This document shows, piece by piece, positions 21,231-31,013 of a stretch of 64,000 nt of DNA; the stretch's first letter is position 1, and every line of letters starts with the position of its first letter. The notes beneath the pieces are model-generated. The model searched no databases. It saw only the letters and a program-made list of their open reading frames with translations, and was not told the DNA's origin. This DNA comes from Alphaproteobacteria bacterium. GTDB lineage: Bacteria; Pseudomonadota; Alphaproteobacteria; UBA6615. The position numbers and the translations under genes are program-made. The stretch covers positions 3,558,064 to 3,622,063 of the forward strand of contig OZ253937.1 in the NCBI GenBank assembly GCA_965267185.1. Direction: 5' to 3'.

Positions 21231-21650
21231 ATGCTGACGATCAACGAGACCATTGCCATCCCGGAGGATGAACTGAGCGAGCAGTTCATTCGCGCCTCGG
21301 GCCCGGGCGGCCAGAACGTCAACAAGGTGGCAACCGCGGTCGAACTGCGCTTCGACGTGCGCCGTTCGCCGAGCCTACCCGATGTTGTGCGTGCTCGGCT
21401 TGAACGCCTCGCCGGCCAGCGCCTCACCAAACAGGGTGTGCTGGTGATCCGCGCCGAACGGTTTCGCACGCAAGAGCAGAACCGCGCCGATGCGCGATCC
21501 CGTCTGATCGAGCTCGTGCAGCGCGCCACGGTTGCGCCGAAACCGCGGGTGAAGACCAAGCCGAGCCGGGCGGCCAAGCAGCGCCGGCTCGACAGTAAGG
21601 CGCGGCGCAGCAAGTTGAAGCAAACGCGACGGGTGACGCATGACGATTAA
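21231..21650 (+). CDS. arfB: Alternative ribosome-rescue factor / peptidyl-tRNA hydrolase ArfB (YaeJ)
   Basis: 139 aa with GGQ motif (GPGGQNVNKV) and basic C-terminal tail. Confidence 0.8.
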   Translation: MLTINETIAIPEDELSEQFIRASGPGGQNVNKVATAVELRFDVRRSPSLPDVVRARLERLAGQRLTKQGVLVIRAERFRTQEQNRADARSRLIELVQRATVAPKPRVKTKPSRAAKQRRLDSKARRSKLKQTRRVTHDD

Positions 21651-21744
21651 CTAAAGAATGATTCTTTGCGACGTCCAATTGATCAAACAAATGTTTCGGG
21701 GTCGGTCACGTGAGCCCGTTTGTAGAGTTTAGGAGGCAGAAGAT

Positions 21745-22398
21745 ATGGATTTAGTTATCCAAATTCTAACTTCAGGTGGAGTAGCGGTTTTTGTGACGGG
21801 ATTTGTTGGCTGGTTTATGAGAAGCTGGATTTCAGAACGGCTTAAGAACGCGATAAAAAACGAATACGACCAAAAACTTGAAACCCATAAAGCACAATTG
21901 AAGGCGGCATCAGATGTCGAAATCGAAAAACTGCGATCACAGCTCAATGTTGCAGCGAAAGAGCGTGAAATTCTTCTTGCTAACCTTCACGAAAAACGTG
22001 CCGAAGTGCTAGCGGAAACTTATGGTTACTTGAGAGAAATCGATAGAACGATTCGCGATTACGTAAAAATTTTTGAACCGGCAGGTGATACCCCGCGAGA
22101 GGATAGGCGCAATGCAGCGGTAGAAGCACATAAGAGATTTCAACCCTACTACCAATCAAAACTTATTTTCTTTCCCGAGAGAACTGCAAAAAAACTAGAA
22201 GAGATCGATTCCGAACTCATTAATGTCTTCAATCAGTTTCGCTTAAAGGTGGAGATAATGCCTGGTGACGATATGGCTCAAACTTGGGTGGATCTAGCGG
22301 AGCGAGTAACTGGTGAAATTGGACCGGCTCTTGATGAAATAGCAAACGAGTTCCGCAGATTACTCGGGGTCGAGATACAAGCTGAAACACACCATTAG
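21745..22398 (+). CDS. Hypothetical protein, N-terminal TM helix plus coiled-coil region; encoded in a low-GC (~42%) island
   Basis: AGGAGG RBS 8 nt upstream; 217-aa ORF with no recognisable domain; composition strongly deviates from the ~65% GC flanks. Confidence 0.65.
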   Translation: MDLVIQILTSGGVAVFVTGFVGWFMRSWISERLKNAIKNEYDQKLETHKAQLKAASDVEIEKLRSQLNVAAKEREILLANLHEKRAEVLAETYGYLREIDRTIRDYVKIFEPAGDTPREDRRNAAVEAHKRFQPYYQSKLIFFPERTAKKLEEIDSELINVFNQFRLKVEIMPGDDMAQTWVDLAERVTGEIGPALDEIANEFRRLLGVEIQAETHH

Positions 22399-22499
22399 TC
22401 CGACGACACGTTAAACGCGAGCCCGAGGTTCTTCGCCGCCGACTTACGAGGATGTGGCACAAGAGCTTGATATCGAGTGAGATAACGAATCTTAGGGTA

Positions 22500-23105
22500 T
22501 CAAGTGGCTGGCGACGACCGCGTGAGAAACGATGCGACAAACGCCGCGGTCAACGCGCCCAGCGTGTTGAACACAAGGTCGAGGGCGGTGTTGAAATAGC
22601 CGCCGACGTTAGTGTTCGGGAAAGCCAATACCGCGGTAAATTCGATGAGTTCGTTCAAAACACCGAGCCCCATGCCACCGAGAACCGCAAACGCGTAGAT
22701 CGTCTTGGTGCCGTCGAGCGCCGGGAAGTTGCGCCGCAACACGTGCCAGAGAACCAAGGTGGCGACGCCGAATCCGTAGAAATGGACGACTTGGTCGTAT
22801 TTCAGAATGGCCATTTCGCCGCTGCCGGTAAGTGGTAGCAGCAAGTGATTGTAGAGCACCCCGTTTCCCACGATCAGGCCGCCCCCCGCCATGTGGGCGA
22901 AGCCCCATAACGTCAGGCCCCATAGGATAAACGCTGGAAACTGGGCGACCCGTTGCGTCGCGGTGATCAGAGCCAAGAAGACCAGCAGCGTTACGACATA
23001 CCAGACGAATTCGCTGTTGCCGGCGGACAGGAATACGCTGCCGAAGACAGCGACATAGGCGATGGTGAAGATCAGCGCCGCCCATTCCGATCGTTTGAGT
23101 TTCAT
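22500..23105 (-). CDS. Integral membrane protein (DUF2238/YjdF-like)
   Basis: 201 aa from MKLKRSEW..., ~6 TM helices; longer upstream extension in the ORF track judged non-coding. Confidence 0.6.
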   Translation of the reverse strand: MKLKRSEWAALIFTIAYVAVFGSVFLSAGNSEFVWYVVTLLVFLALITATQRVAQFPAFILWGLTLWGFAHMAGGGLIVGNGVLYNHLLLPLTGSGEMAILKYDQVVHFYGFGVATLVLWHVLRRNFPALDGTKTIYAFAVLGGMGLGVLNELIEFTAVLAFPNTNVGGYFNTALDLVFNTLGALTAAFVASFLTRSSPAT

Positions 23106-23208
23106 CGCAGTGGGTCCCTTTACCGCTTGCGTCCAATCGCGGGATAGTTTGCCTAGGCTATAACGTTGTCGACTGATTTGTCCGTTCAAGACGGGGGCTG
23201 AGTATCCA

Positions 23209-24193
23209 ATGCGCGCAATGGTTCTCGACCGGGCGAACACGCCCTTGGCCTTGCGGACCCGGGACGACCCAACGCCGGCTTCCGGTGAAGTGCTTATTGC
23301 GGTGCGCGCCTGCGGGGTCTGCCGCACCGATTTGCACGTCGTCGATGGCGAGCTGACCGAACCCAAGCTGCCGATTATTCCCGGCCATGAGATTGTCGGC
23401 GAAGTCGTCGCCTTTGGGCGAGCGTGTCGAGCGTTTCCAAATCGGCGATAGGGTTGGCGTGCCCTGGTTGGGGTACACCTGCGGTGTATGCCACTACTGC
23501 ACCACCGGCCACGAAAATCTCTGCGATGCGCCCGGCTTCACCGGCTACACCATCGATGGCGGCTATGCCGATATGACGGTTGCCGACCAACGTTATGTCT
23601 TTTCGCTGCCGGGCGAGTATAGCGATGCCGAAGCAGCACCGCTGTTGTGCGCGGGGCTGATTGGTTACCGGTCGCTCCGCATGGCCGGCGACGCCGCGCG
23701 CCTCGGCGTCTACGGTTTCGGCGCAGCGGCCCATATCGTCGCCCAAGTGGCGCGGTTCGAGGGCCATGAGGTCTATGCCTTCACCAAACCGGGCGATGCC
23801 GAAGGTCAGGAGTTTGCCCGCCGTCTCGGCGCCGTTTGGGCCGGTAGCTCCGACGACGCGCCGCCGCAACCGCTCGATGCCGCGATCCTCTACGCGCCGG
23901 TGGGGGCCCTGGTGCCCACGGCGCTCAGGGCCGTGCGCAAGGGTGGCACCGTTGTGTGCGCCGGAATTCATATGAGCGACATCCCAGCGTTTCCCTACGA
24001 TATTCTATGGGAGGAACGCACGATCCGGTCGGTCGCCAACCTCACGCGCCGTGACGGTGACGAGTTCTTGGCGCTGGCACCCAAAGTGCCGGTCAAAACC
24101 GAGGTCGAAACTTTTGCGTTGGCCGACGCGAACGACGCTCTGACTCGTCTGCGTGAGGGCCGAATTATCGGCGCGGCGGTGCTGATTCCCTAG
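23209..24193 (+). pseudogene. Zinc-binding alcohol dehydrogenase (MDR family) with +1 frameshift
   Basis: N-terminal (23209-23451) and C-terminal (23387-24193) parts lie in different frames; an extra T in a TTT run at ~23410-23412 splits ..GHEIVGEVVAL/GERVERFQIGDRVGVPW.. Confidence 0.7.
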
Positions 24194-24237
24194 TCCATGG
24201 TCTTATTTCAGCCGCTTGGTTCGTTTAGAGTCCAAGC

Positions 24238-24669
24238 ATGAGCGCATCGGCATCAGAATCGTCCGGTTTCGAACTTCACCCGCAGCTTGCAGCCGATACC
24301 TTTGAGGTCGACCGGTGGGCCTGCTGCCGCGTGCTGTTGATGAACGATGTCACCTATCCGTGGCTGATTCTGGTCCCGCAGCGGTCCGATCTGCGGGAGC
24401 TGCATGATTTAACTGCCGACGATCTGGCGCTGGTTACCGGTGAAATCGTCCGCGCCAGCCAGGCGATGGAGCGGCTGTTCCAACCGGTCAAGATGAACGT
24501 CGCCGCCTTGGGTAATCAGGTCCCCCAGCTCCACATTCACATCATCGCCCGCTTCGAAAACGATGCAGCTTGGCCGAAACCGGTTTGGGGCGTCGTGCCC
24601 GCCGAGCCTTACGGCGACGACGAGCTGACGGCGCGCATCGAGGCGTTGCGTAGCGCCTTCGCCGGCTAG
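24238..24669 (+). CDS. HIT (histidine triad) family protein
   Basis: Histidine triad HIHIIARF; 143 aa; 15 nt upstream of the helicase gene. Confidence 0.8.
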   Translation: MSASASESSGFELHPQLAADTFEVDRWACCRVLLMNDVTYPWLILVPQRSDLRELHDLTADDLALVTGEIVRASQAMERLFQPVKMNVAALGNQVPQLHIHIIARFENDAAWPKPVWGVVPAEPYGDDELTARIEALRSAFAG

Positions 24670-24684
24670 GCTGCCGCATCCGTT

Positions 24685-27177
24685 ATGGCGACTGCGAGCT
24701 CCGCCCGGCGCGCCGCCCGTAAACGGCCCGCGCCGAATCCATTGCCGCCCCAGTTCGACGACTGGTTTGCCGCGCGGGGCTGGGCGCCTCATCGCCATCA
24801 GCTCGACATGCTCGACGCTGCACGGCAGGGCGACTCGGCACTGCTCATTGCGCCGACGGGCGGCGGTAAGACGCTGGCGGGGTTTCTGCCCAGCCTGGTC
24901 GAATTGGCGGACGAAGAAAACCTCCCGGCCGACGGCTTGCATACGCTCTACATCTCACCGCTAAAGGCGCTGGCGGTCGATATCCAACGCAATCTCGAGC
25001 AGCCGATTGCCGAAATGGCGCTGCCACTGCGGGCGGAAACACGGACCGGCGACACGCCGTCATCGAAGCGCCAGCGCCAACGCCGGCAACCGCCGCACCT
25101 GCTGATGACGACCCCGGAGAGTTTGGCGTTACTTTTGTCCTACGAGGACGCGCCGGAGATTTTTGCTGGCTTGCGCTGTGTGATCGTCGATGAGCTTCAC
25201 GCGCTGGAAGATAATAAGCGCGGTGACCTGCTGTCGCTTGGCCTGTCGCGGTTGTCGGCGCTGGCGCCCGATTGCCGCCGGGTCGGCCTCAGCGCCACCG
25301 TTGCCGAGCCGGAGCGGCTCGTCCGCTGGCTATCGCCGGATGGCAAGGGGGGTGGCGTTCGGCTGGTGACCGGCGACAGCGGCGCCGAGCCTGAGATCGA
25401 GATCCTCGAGACCAGCGCACGCTTGCCCTGGTCAGGGCATATGGGTGTTCACGCGCTGCCCGAAGTCTACGCGCTGCTGCGGCAGGCGGGCACGACCATC
25501 GTTTTCGTCAATACGCGCGCGCAAACCGAGATCGTCTTTCAAGAGCTGTGGCGTATCAACGACGATAACCTGGCGATCGCGCTGCACCATGGCAGCCTCG
25601 CGGTGGAGCAGCGCCGCAAGGTTGAGGCGGCGATGGCGCGCGGCGAGCTCGATGCAGTGGTGGCGACCTCATCACTCGATCTCGGAGTCGATTGGGCGGC
25701 GGTCGATCTGGTTATCCAAGTTGGTGCGCCGAAAGGGTCGACCCGCCTGCTCCAGCGTATCGGCCGGGCCAACCACCAACTCGATCAACCTAGCCGTGCG
25801 GTCCTTGTGCCTGCCAACAGGTTCGAGACGCTTGAGTGCCGGGCGGCGCTCGATGCGGTGCAAGACCATACGCTGGACGGTGTACCCGAACGGCCGGGTG
25901 GCTTGGATGTTTTGGCGCAGCACGTGCTCGGTATTGCTTGCTCGGGGCCGGTCGACCCGGCCGCGCTCTACGAAGAGGTGCGCAAGGCTGGGCCCTACGC
26001 GGGCCTATCGCGGCGCGACTTCGATGACGTCTTCGATTTTGTCGCCACCGGCGGCTATGCGTTGGGCAACTATAAACGGTTCCAGCGCCTGAACCGGTTG
26101 CCGACCGGGTCATACGGAATCGCGTCGGCCACCGTGGCGCGCGACTACCGCATGAATGTGGGTACTATCGTCGAAGCCCCCACTCTCAAGGTGCGCCTCG
26201 GCCGCAGCCGGGTGCTCGGCGAGGTCGAGGAGCATTTCGTCAACTATATGAGCGCAGGCGACACCTTTGCCTTCGCCGGACGTCTCCTGGAGTTCGTCGA
26301 AGTGCGCGAGACCGATGTAATCACCCGGCCGGGCAAGGGAGACGCCCCGGCGGTGCCCGCCTATATGGGCGGCCGGTTGCCGCTCTCCACTCATCTGGCG
26401 ACGCGGGTGCGCGCCACCCTGTCCGACCCGAAAAGCTGGCAGGGTTTTTCCGGCCAAGTGCGGGAATGGCTCGATGCGCAACTGTGGCGCTCGGTCATGC
26501 CGTCGGCTGATGGGCTGCTGGTGGAGACCTTTCCGCGCGGCAACAAGCAATATCTCGTGGCTTATTGCTTCGAGGGCCGAAACGCGCACCAAACTCTGGG
26601 CATGCTGTTAACGCGCCGCATGGAGCGCATGGGCATGAAGCCCCTGGGCTTTGTCGCCACGGATTATGTAATGGCGATCTGGAGCCTTGCGCCGGCGGAC
26701 CGCATCGACGAGCTCTTCAGCGAAGACATGCTGGGCGATGATCTTGAATCGTGGATGGCCGAATCGAGTATGCTCAAGCGAACCTTCCGCAATGTCGCGG
26801 TGATCGCCGGGCTGATTCAACGCCGTCATCCCGGCGAGGAGAAGTCGCGGCGGCAAGTGACGTTTAATTCGGATCTGATCTATGACGTTTTGCGCAGCCA
26901 TGAGCCGAACCACATCCTGCTGCGGGCAACTCGTGCCGATGCGGCCTCGGGACTTACCGACATACGCCGGCTTGCCGATATGTTGTCACGGGTGAAAGGG
27001 CGGATCACCCACCGCGAACTCGAACGGGTGTCGCCGTTGGCGGTACCCGTGTTGTTGGAGATCGGCCGCGAGAGCGTCTACGGCGCGGCGATCGACGAAT
27101 TACTGGGCGAGAATGCCGAGGAGCTCGTCGCCGAGGCGATGGCCGACAGCAATGTGAAAGAACTGCCGCTCGCATGA
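24685..27177 (+). CDS. Ligase-associated DNA damage response DEXH-box helicase (Lhr-like)
   Basis: 830 aa; Walker A APTGGGKT, DEAH-type DELH, helicase C domain and conserved Lhr C-terminal extension. Confidence 0.85.
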   Translation: MATASSARRAARKRPAPNPLPPQFDDWFAARGWAPHRHQLDMLDAARQGDSALLIAPTGGGKTLAGFLPSLVELADEENLPADGLHTLYISPLKALAVDIQRNLEQPIAEMALPLRAETRTGDTPSSKRQRQRRQPPHLLMTTPESLALLLSYEDAPEIFAGLRCVIVDELHALEDNKRGDLLSLGLSRLSALAPDCRRVGLSATVAEPERLVRWLSPDGKGGGVRLVTGDSGAEPEIEILETSARLPWSGHMGVHALPEVYALLRQAGTTIVFVNTRAQTEIVFQELWRINDDNLAIALHHGSLAVEQRRKVEAAMARGELDAVVATSSLDLGVDWAAVDLVIQVGAPKGSTRLLQRIGRANHQLDQPSRAVLVPANRFETLECRAALDAVQDHTLDGVPERPGGLDVLAQHVLGIACSGPVDPAALYEEVRKAGPYAGLSRRDFDDVFDFVATGGYALGNYKRFQRLNRLPTGSYGIASATVARDYRMNVGTIVEAPTLKVRLGRSRVLGEVEEHFVNYMSAGDTFAFAGRLLEFVEVRETDVITRPGKGDAPAVPAYMGGRLPLSTHLATRVRATLSDPKSWQGFSGQVREWLDAQLWRSVMPSADGLLVETFPRGNKQYLVAYCFEGRNAHQTLGMLLTRRMERMGMKPLGFVATDYVMAIWSLAPADRIDELFSEDMLGDDLESWMAESSMLKRTFRNVAVIAGLIQRRHPGEEKSRRQVTFNSDLIYDVLRSHEPNHILLRATRADAASGLTDIRRLADMLSRVKGRITHRELERVSPLAVPVLLEIGRESVYGAAIDELLGENAEELVAEAMADSNVKELPLA

Positions 27178-27914
27178 GCCTGCCGCAACACGATACAGCC
27201 TTGTCTGGCGCGACGACGGCGCACGTCAACTTCACCTTGGCGGGCGCGCCGGTGATGGCGGACCAGAGCGGTGCGATTTTGCTGCTCGACGACCGGACGC
27301 TGGTTGCTGCGGACCTGCACTTTGAAAAGGGGTCCGCGTTTGCGGCGCGCGGTCATGCTTGGTTGCCGCCCTACGATACCGGCGAGACGCTGAACCGGCT
27401 CGAACGGGTATGCCGTCAATACCGGCCGCATCGCGTGGTGTGCCTGGGGGATAGCTTTCATGATTTGGAGGGGCCGGGCCGCATGGCGGAGGCCGACCAA
27501 GCCCGGTTGCGGCGGTTGGTTCAACGCCATGAATGGATTTGGATTACCGGCAATCACGATCCCGCGCCACCGCCCGATCTCGGTGGTGTAGCGGCGGAAT
27601 CGTTGACAGTGGGGCCGCTGACGCTGTGTCACGAGGCAGCTGCCGGCGCGTTGCCGTCGGGTGAGATATCGGGACATTTCCACCCGAAAGCGGCGGTGCG
27701 TACACGGGGACGGCGTATTTCCGGCCGTTGTTTCGTCACCGACGGGCGCCGGTTGATCTTACCGGCGTTCGGCGCGTTCACCGGTGGTCTGAACGTGCTC
27801 GATCCGGCGTTGGCGTCGTTACTGCGTCCGGCGTTTCGCGTGTTCGTCATCGGTAAACAACGTCTATTTGCCTACCAACGCCACCAACTCGTGCCCGAGC
27901 CGCAACGCGGCTAG
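27174..27914 (+). CDS. pdeM: Ligase-associated DNA damage response metallophosphoesterase
   Basis: Calcineurin-like motifs DLHFEKG, GDSFHD, GNHD; ATGA start/stop overlap with the helicase gene. Confidence 0.8.
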   Translation: MSLPQHDTALSGATTAHVNFTLAGAPVMADQSGAILLLDDRTLVAADLHFEKGSAFAARGHAWLPPYDTGETLNRLERVCRQYRPHRVVCLGDSFHDLEGPGRMAEADQARLRRLVQRHEWIWITGNHDPAPPPDLGGVAAESLTVGPLTLCHEAAAGALPSGEISGHFHPKAAVRTRGRRISGRCFVTDGRRLILPAFGAFTGGLNVLDPALASLLRPAFRVFVIGKQRLFAYQRHQLVPEPQRG

Positions 27915-27921
27915 CGCAAGC

Positions 27922-29010
27922 TTATCTGGCGATCTCAGCGGCGCGAAAGGGTGTTCGCAGCTCGTAGATCAGCCAAAAGGCCAGCGTGAGTAGCAACACC
28001 GCACCGGCTTGGTGCGCGGCCGCCAGCGGGATCGGCACGATCAGCACCAAGGTCGAGATACCGAGTGCTACCTGAAAGCAGGCCATGAGAAAAAGCCCGT
28101 TGGCGACATGCCTTGCGCGGGGCACCAAGGCGATCCAGCGGCTGCGCCACCATGTGGCGATGGCGAAGCCGAGCGAGACGATTGCTAACACTCGGTGGTG
28201 AAATTGAATTGTTCCAACATCCTCGAACGCGCTGACATACCAGGGTGAGGGTAGGTAGCCTTCGGGTATCAGCCGGTCATCCATCAGCGGAAAAGTGTTG
28301 TAGGCGAAACCGGCATCCGTGCCGGCGACGAAGGCCCCGGACACGATGGTGACCGAGACGAGCACCAAAGTCGTCATCGCTAGAGTGCGCACACCCGCCA
28401 AATACCGGTCCGGCGTCGTTTCGGGCACGGGGTGCCTGAGCTGCAGAGCGGTCCATAGGAGTGCGGCATAGAGCACCAAAGCCAGCACCAGATGGGCTGT
28501 TAGCCGATACTGGCTCACCTCGGGAATGTCGACCAGGCCGCTTTGCACCATGTACCAGCCCAAAACGCCTTGGGCGCCGCCGAGAATAAACAGAACGATT
28601 AGCCGTGGCGCGAGCGACCAGGCGATTTGCCGGCGCAGTAGAAACCAGAGGAATGGCAGGAAGAACGCCAGACCGATGAGCCGGCCCCAGAGCCGGTGCA
28701 CATATTCCCACCAGAAGATGGTCTTGAAGCCGGCGAGCGTCATTCCGGCGTTGACCTCCTGGTATTGCGGGCTGGCCTGATACAGCGCGAACACGCGCAT
28801 CCACTCCGCTTCCGATAGCGGTGGCAGAAAACCAATGATCGGCCGCCACTCGACGATCGACAGGCCGGAGCCGGTCAAGCGGGTGATTCCACCGATCGAG
28901 ACCATCACCAGGACCATAGCGGCCATGGTGAACAGCCAGGTGGCAATCACGCGGCCGTCGGGCGTTGGCCGTTGTGCTGTCTCGAATTGTTGTGCGGTCT
29001 GGCTAACCAT
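27922..29010 (-). CDS. ctaA: Heme A synthase (COX15/CtaA)
   Basis: 362 aa, 8 TM helices, conserved His pairs (..QFHHRVLA..). Confidence 0.8.
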   Translation of the reverse strand: MVSQTAQQFETAQRPTPDGRVIATWLFTMAAMVLVMVSIGGITRLTGSGLSIVEWRPIIGFLPPLSEAEWMRVFALYQASPQYQEVNAGMTLAGFKTIFWWEYVHRLWGRLIGLAFFLPFLWFLLRRQIAWSLAPRLIVLFILGGAQGVLGWYMVQSGLVDIPEVSQYRLTAHLVLALVLYAALLWTALQLRHPVPETTPDRYLAGVRTLAMTTLVLVSVTIVSGAFVAGTDAGFAYNTFPLMDDRLIPEGYLPSPWYVSAFEDVGTIQFHHRVLAIVSLGFAIATWWRSRWIALVPRARHVANGLFLMACFQVALGISTLVLIVPIPLAAAHQAGAVLLLTLAFWLIYELRTPFRAAEIAR

Positions 29011-29424
29011 TGCGCTATGGCTTATCGGCGTGCACTGAGTTTGCTCAGCGTTGATTTCGAATACAAGCGGCTATCGTGCAAGCAGGCGCGCCTATCGGTC
29101 GCAGGTGTGCTGCCAGGCCGCTGCGTCGGATCGTCGCGTGCTGTTGGCGGGAAGATCCTTCCCCGGAGCGCGCATCGCCCGCATCACCGGTCTTCCGTCA
29201 TAGGATAGTAAATTCTAGGCGATGAATTTTGGCCGTATTACTGCCCTATTGCCGTGGTACGCGAGAAATCTCTGCCGTTTAACAGAGTTCGAGTCTTCCC
29301 CGTAAAGGGATTCGAAACGCAATCGGGCTAGGTTTTTTCGCTCTGTGTGAAGGGCTGTATTCAGTAGCGGTGGGCTGCTATAGACGCGGCTCGGAATTGT
29401 CGGTTTTCATTCGAGGAGACACTG

Positions 29425-29811
29425 GTGAAATACATATTGGCGACCACTTTTTTGACTTTTGCTCTCGCCGGCGGTGCGGCAACTGCCCACGCTGAAGGCG
29501 ACGCTGCGGCGGGCGAAAAATTCTTCAAATCCCGTTGTGCGTCATGTCACACGATCGCTGAAGGCGGTAAGAACAAGACCGGTCCTAATCTGTTTGGTGT
29601 TTTCGGTGCGACAGCGGGCAAACGCGTTGCCAGCTTCGAGAAACGGCACTCCAAGCAGCTGAAAGAGTCTGGCATTGTTTGGGACGATGCGACTCTCGAC
29701 ACCTATCTGACGAATCCCAAAGGGATGGTTCCAAAGAGCAAAATGTCCTTTAGGGTAAAAAAGCCAGCCGACCGGGAAAATGTGATTGCTTTTTTGAAGG
29801 CGGCGAAATAA
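29425..29811 (+). CDS. Class I c-type cytochrome (cytochrome c2/c552-like), periplasmic
   Basis: Signal peptide, CASCH heme motif, Met ligand region; GTG start with GAGGAG RBS. Confidence 0.8.
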   Translation: MKYILATTFLTFALAGGAATAHAEGDAAAGEKFFKSRCASCHTIAEGGKNKTGPNLFGVFGATAGKRVASFEKRHSKQLKESGIVWDDATLDTYLTNPKGMVPKSKMSFRVKKPADRENVIAFLKAAK

Positions 29812-29868
29812 CGGCGGCATTTTTAGCGCCGCGCCGGCGCGTAAGAAGTACAAGCCTTAAATTTGACA

Positions 29869-29900
29869 CCCCAGCTCATGCGCTGAGCTGGGGTGATTTG
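29869..29900 (+). terminator. Rho-independent terminator after the cytochrome c gene
   Basis: Perfect 10-bp stem CCCCAGCTCA / TGAGCTGGGG, 5-nt loop, U-rich tail. Confidence 0.6.
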
Positions 29901-29989
29901 GTGTGTCACAACCGATTATCTGCGTTGTCGTGCAGCGGCCGAATTGTGCCAGTGTTCCGCGCGTGGTCTAGGACTGGCTTAGTGGCAGG

Positions 29990-31012
29990 CTAGACTTCCC
30001 AGGTGTGTCCGCTGCGCAATAGCTTGTCGAAATCGCCGTCGCCTTTGCTGCCTTTGATCGCCGCGACCTGGTCGTGAACGGCGACGTCGTAGGTCGGTGC
30101 CGGATCGCAATAGAGGACCCCCAACGCGACGGGGAACGCAGGCGGCTTCATACTCGCCAACAGCATTGCCAGAGGCCGGTTCGTTTCGTCGTGCAGCAGC
30201 ACGTCGTCTTCGGTAATGCCGTCTTCGCCGATCGTGACGACTTCGAGCCACATCTTCCCTTGCTGGATGCGAAGGCCTTTGTTCGACTCTGCGCCGAAGA
30301 TCAGCGGCTTGCCATGTTCGACATGAATTTGCATGTCGGCCTGGACGTTCTTTTCGGTGAAATGCTTGAAGACGCCGTCATTGTAGACGATGCAGTTCTG
30401 GAAAATTTCGACGAACGACGCACCCTTGTGTTCGTAGGCGCGCTTGAGGACGCCCGGCAGATGCTTCTGCAAGATATCGGCCGAACGCGCGATGAACCGG
30501 CCGCCGGCGCCGAGCGCAAATTGCGCCGCCGATACCGGCCGGTCGACCGAACCGTACGGGGTCGAAGGGGACTGGGTACCGGTCTGTGACGTCGGCGAAT
30601 ATTGCCCCTTGGTCAGGCCGTATATCTCATTGTTGAACAGCAGGATCTGCAAATCCACGTTGCGGCGCAACACATGCAAGGTGTGGTTGCCGCCGATCGA
30701 CAGCATGTCGCCGTCGCCGCCAACAACCCAAACATCGAGCTCAGGGTTGGCGAGCTTGACGCCGGTGGCGATCGTCGGCGCGCGGCCGTGAATGGTGTGA
30801 AACCCATAAGTTTCCATGTAGTAGGGGAACCGGGCGGCGCAGCCGATGCCGGACACGAACACCGTTTGCTCGGGGTCGGCCTGGAGGTCGGCGAGCGTCC
30901 GTTGCACACCTTTCAAGATGGCGTAGTCGCCGCAACCGGGGCACCAACGGACCTCTTGATCGGTCGCGTAATCTTTTGCGGTCAGCTTTTCGGGAGGCGT
31001 TTGGACATTCAT
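29990..31012 (-). CDS. korB: 2-oxoglutarate:ferredoxin oxidoreductase subunit beta (TPP-binding)
   Basis: 340 aa; CPGCGDY Cys motif, TPP-binding GDG..N motif; GGAGA RBS. Confidence 0.85.
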   Translation of the reverse strand: MNVQTPPEKLTAKDYATDQEVRWCPGCGDYAILKGVQRTLADLQADPEQTVFVSGIGCAARFPYYMETYGFHTIHGRAPTIATGVKLANPELDVWVVGGDGDMLSIGGNHTLHVLRRNVDLQILLFNNEIYGLTKGQYSPTSQTGTQSPSTPYGSVDRPVSAAQFALGAGGRFIARSADILQKHLPGVLKRAYEHKGASFVEIFQNCIVYNDGVFKHFTEKNVQADMQIHVEHGKPLIFGAESNKGLRIQQGKMWLEVVTIGEDGITEDDVLLHDETNRPLAMLLASMKPPAFPVALGVLYCDPAPTYDVAVHDQVAAIKGSKGDGDFDKLLRSGHTWEV

Positions 31013-31013
31013 C

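Noticed and set aside
21655-22500. Looked for integrase, transposase, tRNA or flanking direct repeats marking the low-GC island as a mobile element. Also looked window-wide for CRISPR repeats and IS elements.
   Set aside because: None were found. The island is reported as an anomalous-composition single gene, not as a mobile element.
28972-29208. 78-aa ORF in the ctaA / cytochrome c intergenic region, and other 60-100-aa ORFs in intergenic spacers.
   Set aside because: No RBS, odd composition and no family resemblance. These are likely non-coding promoter or leader sequence.
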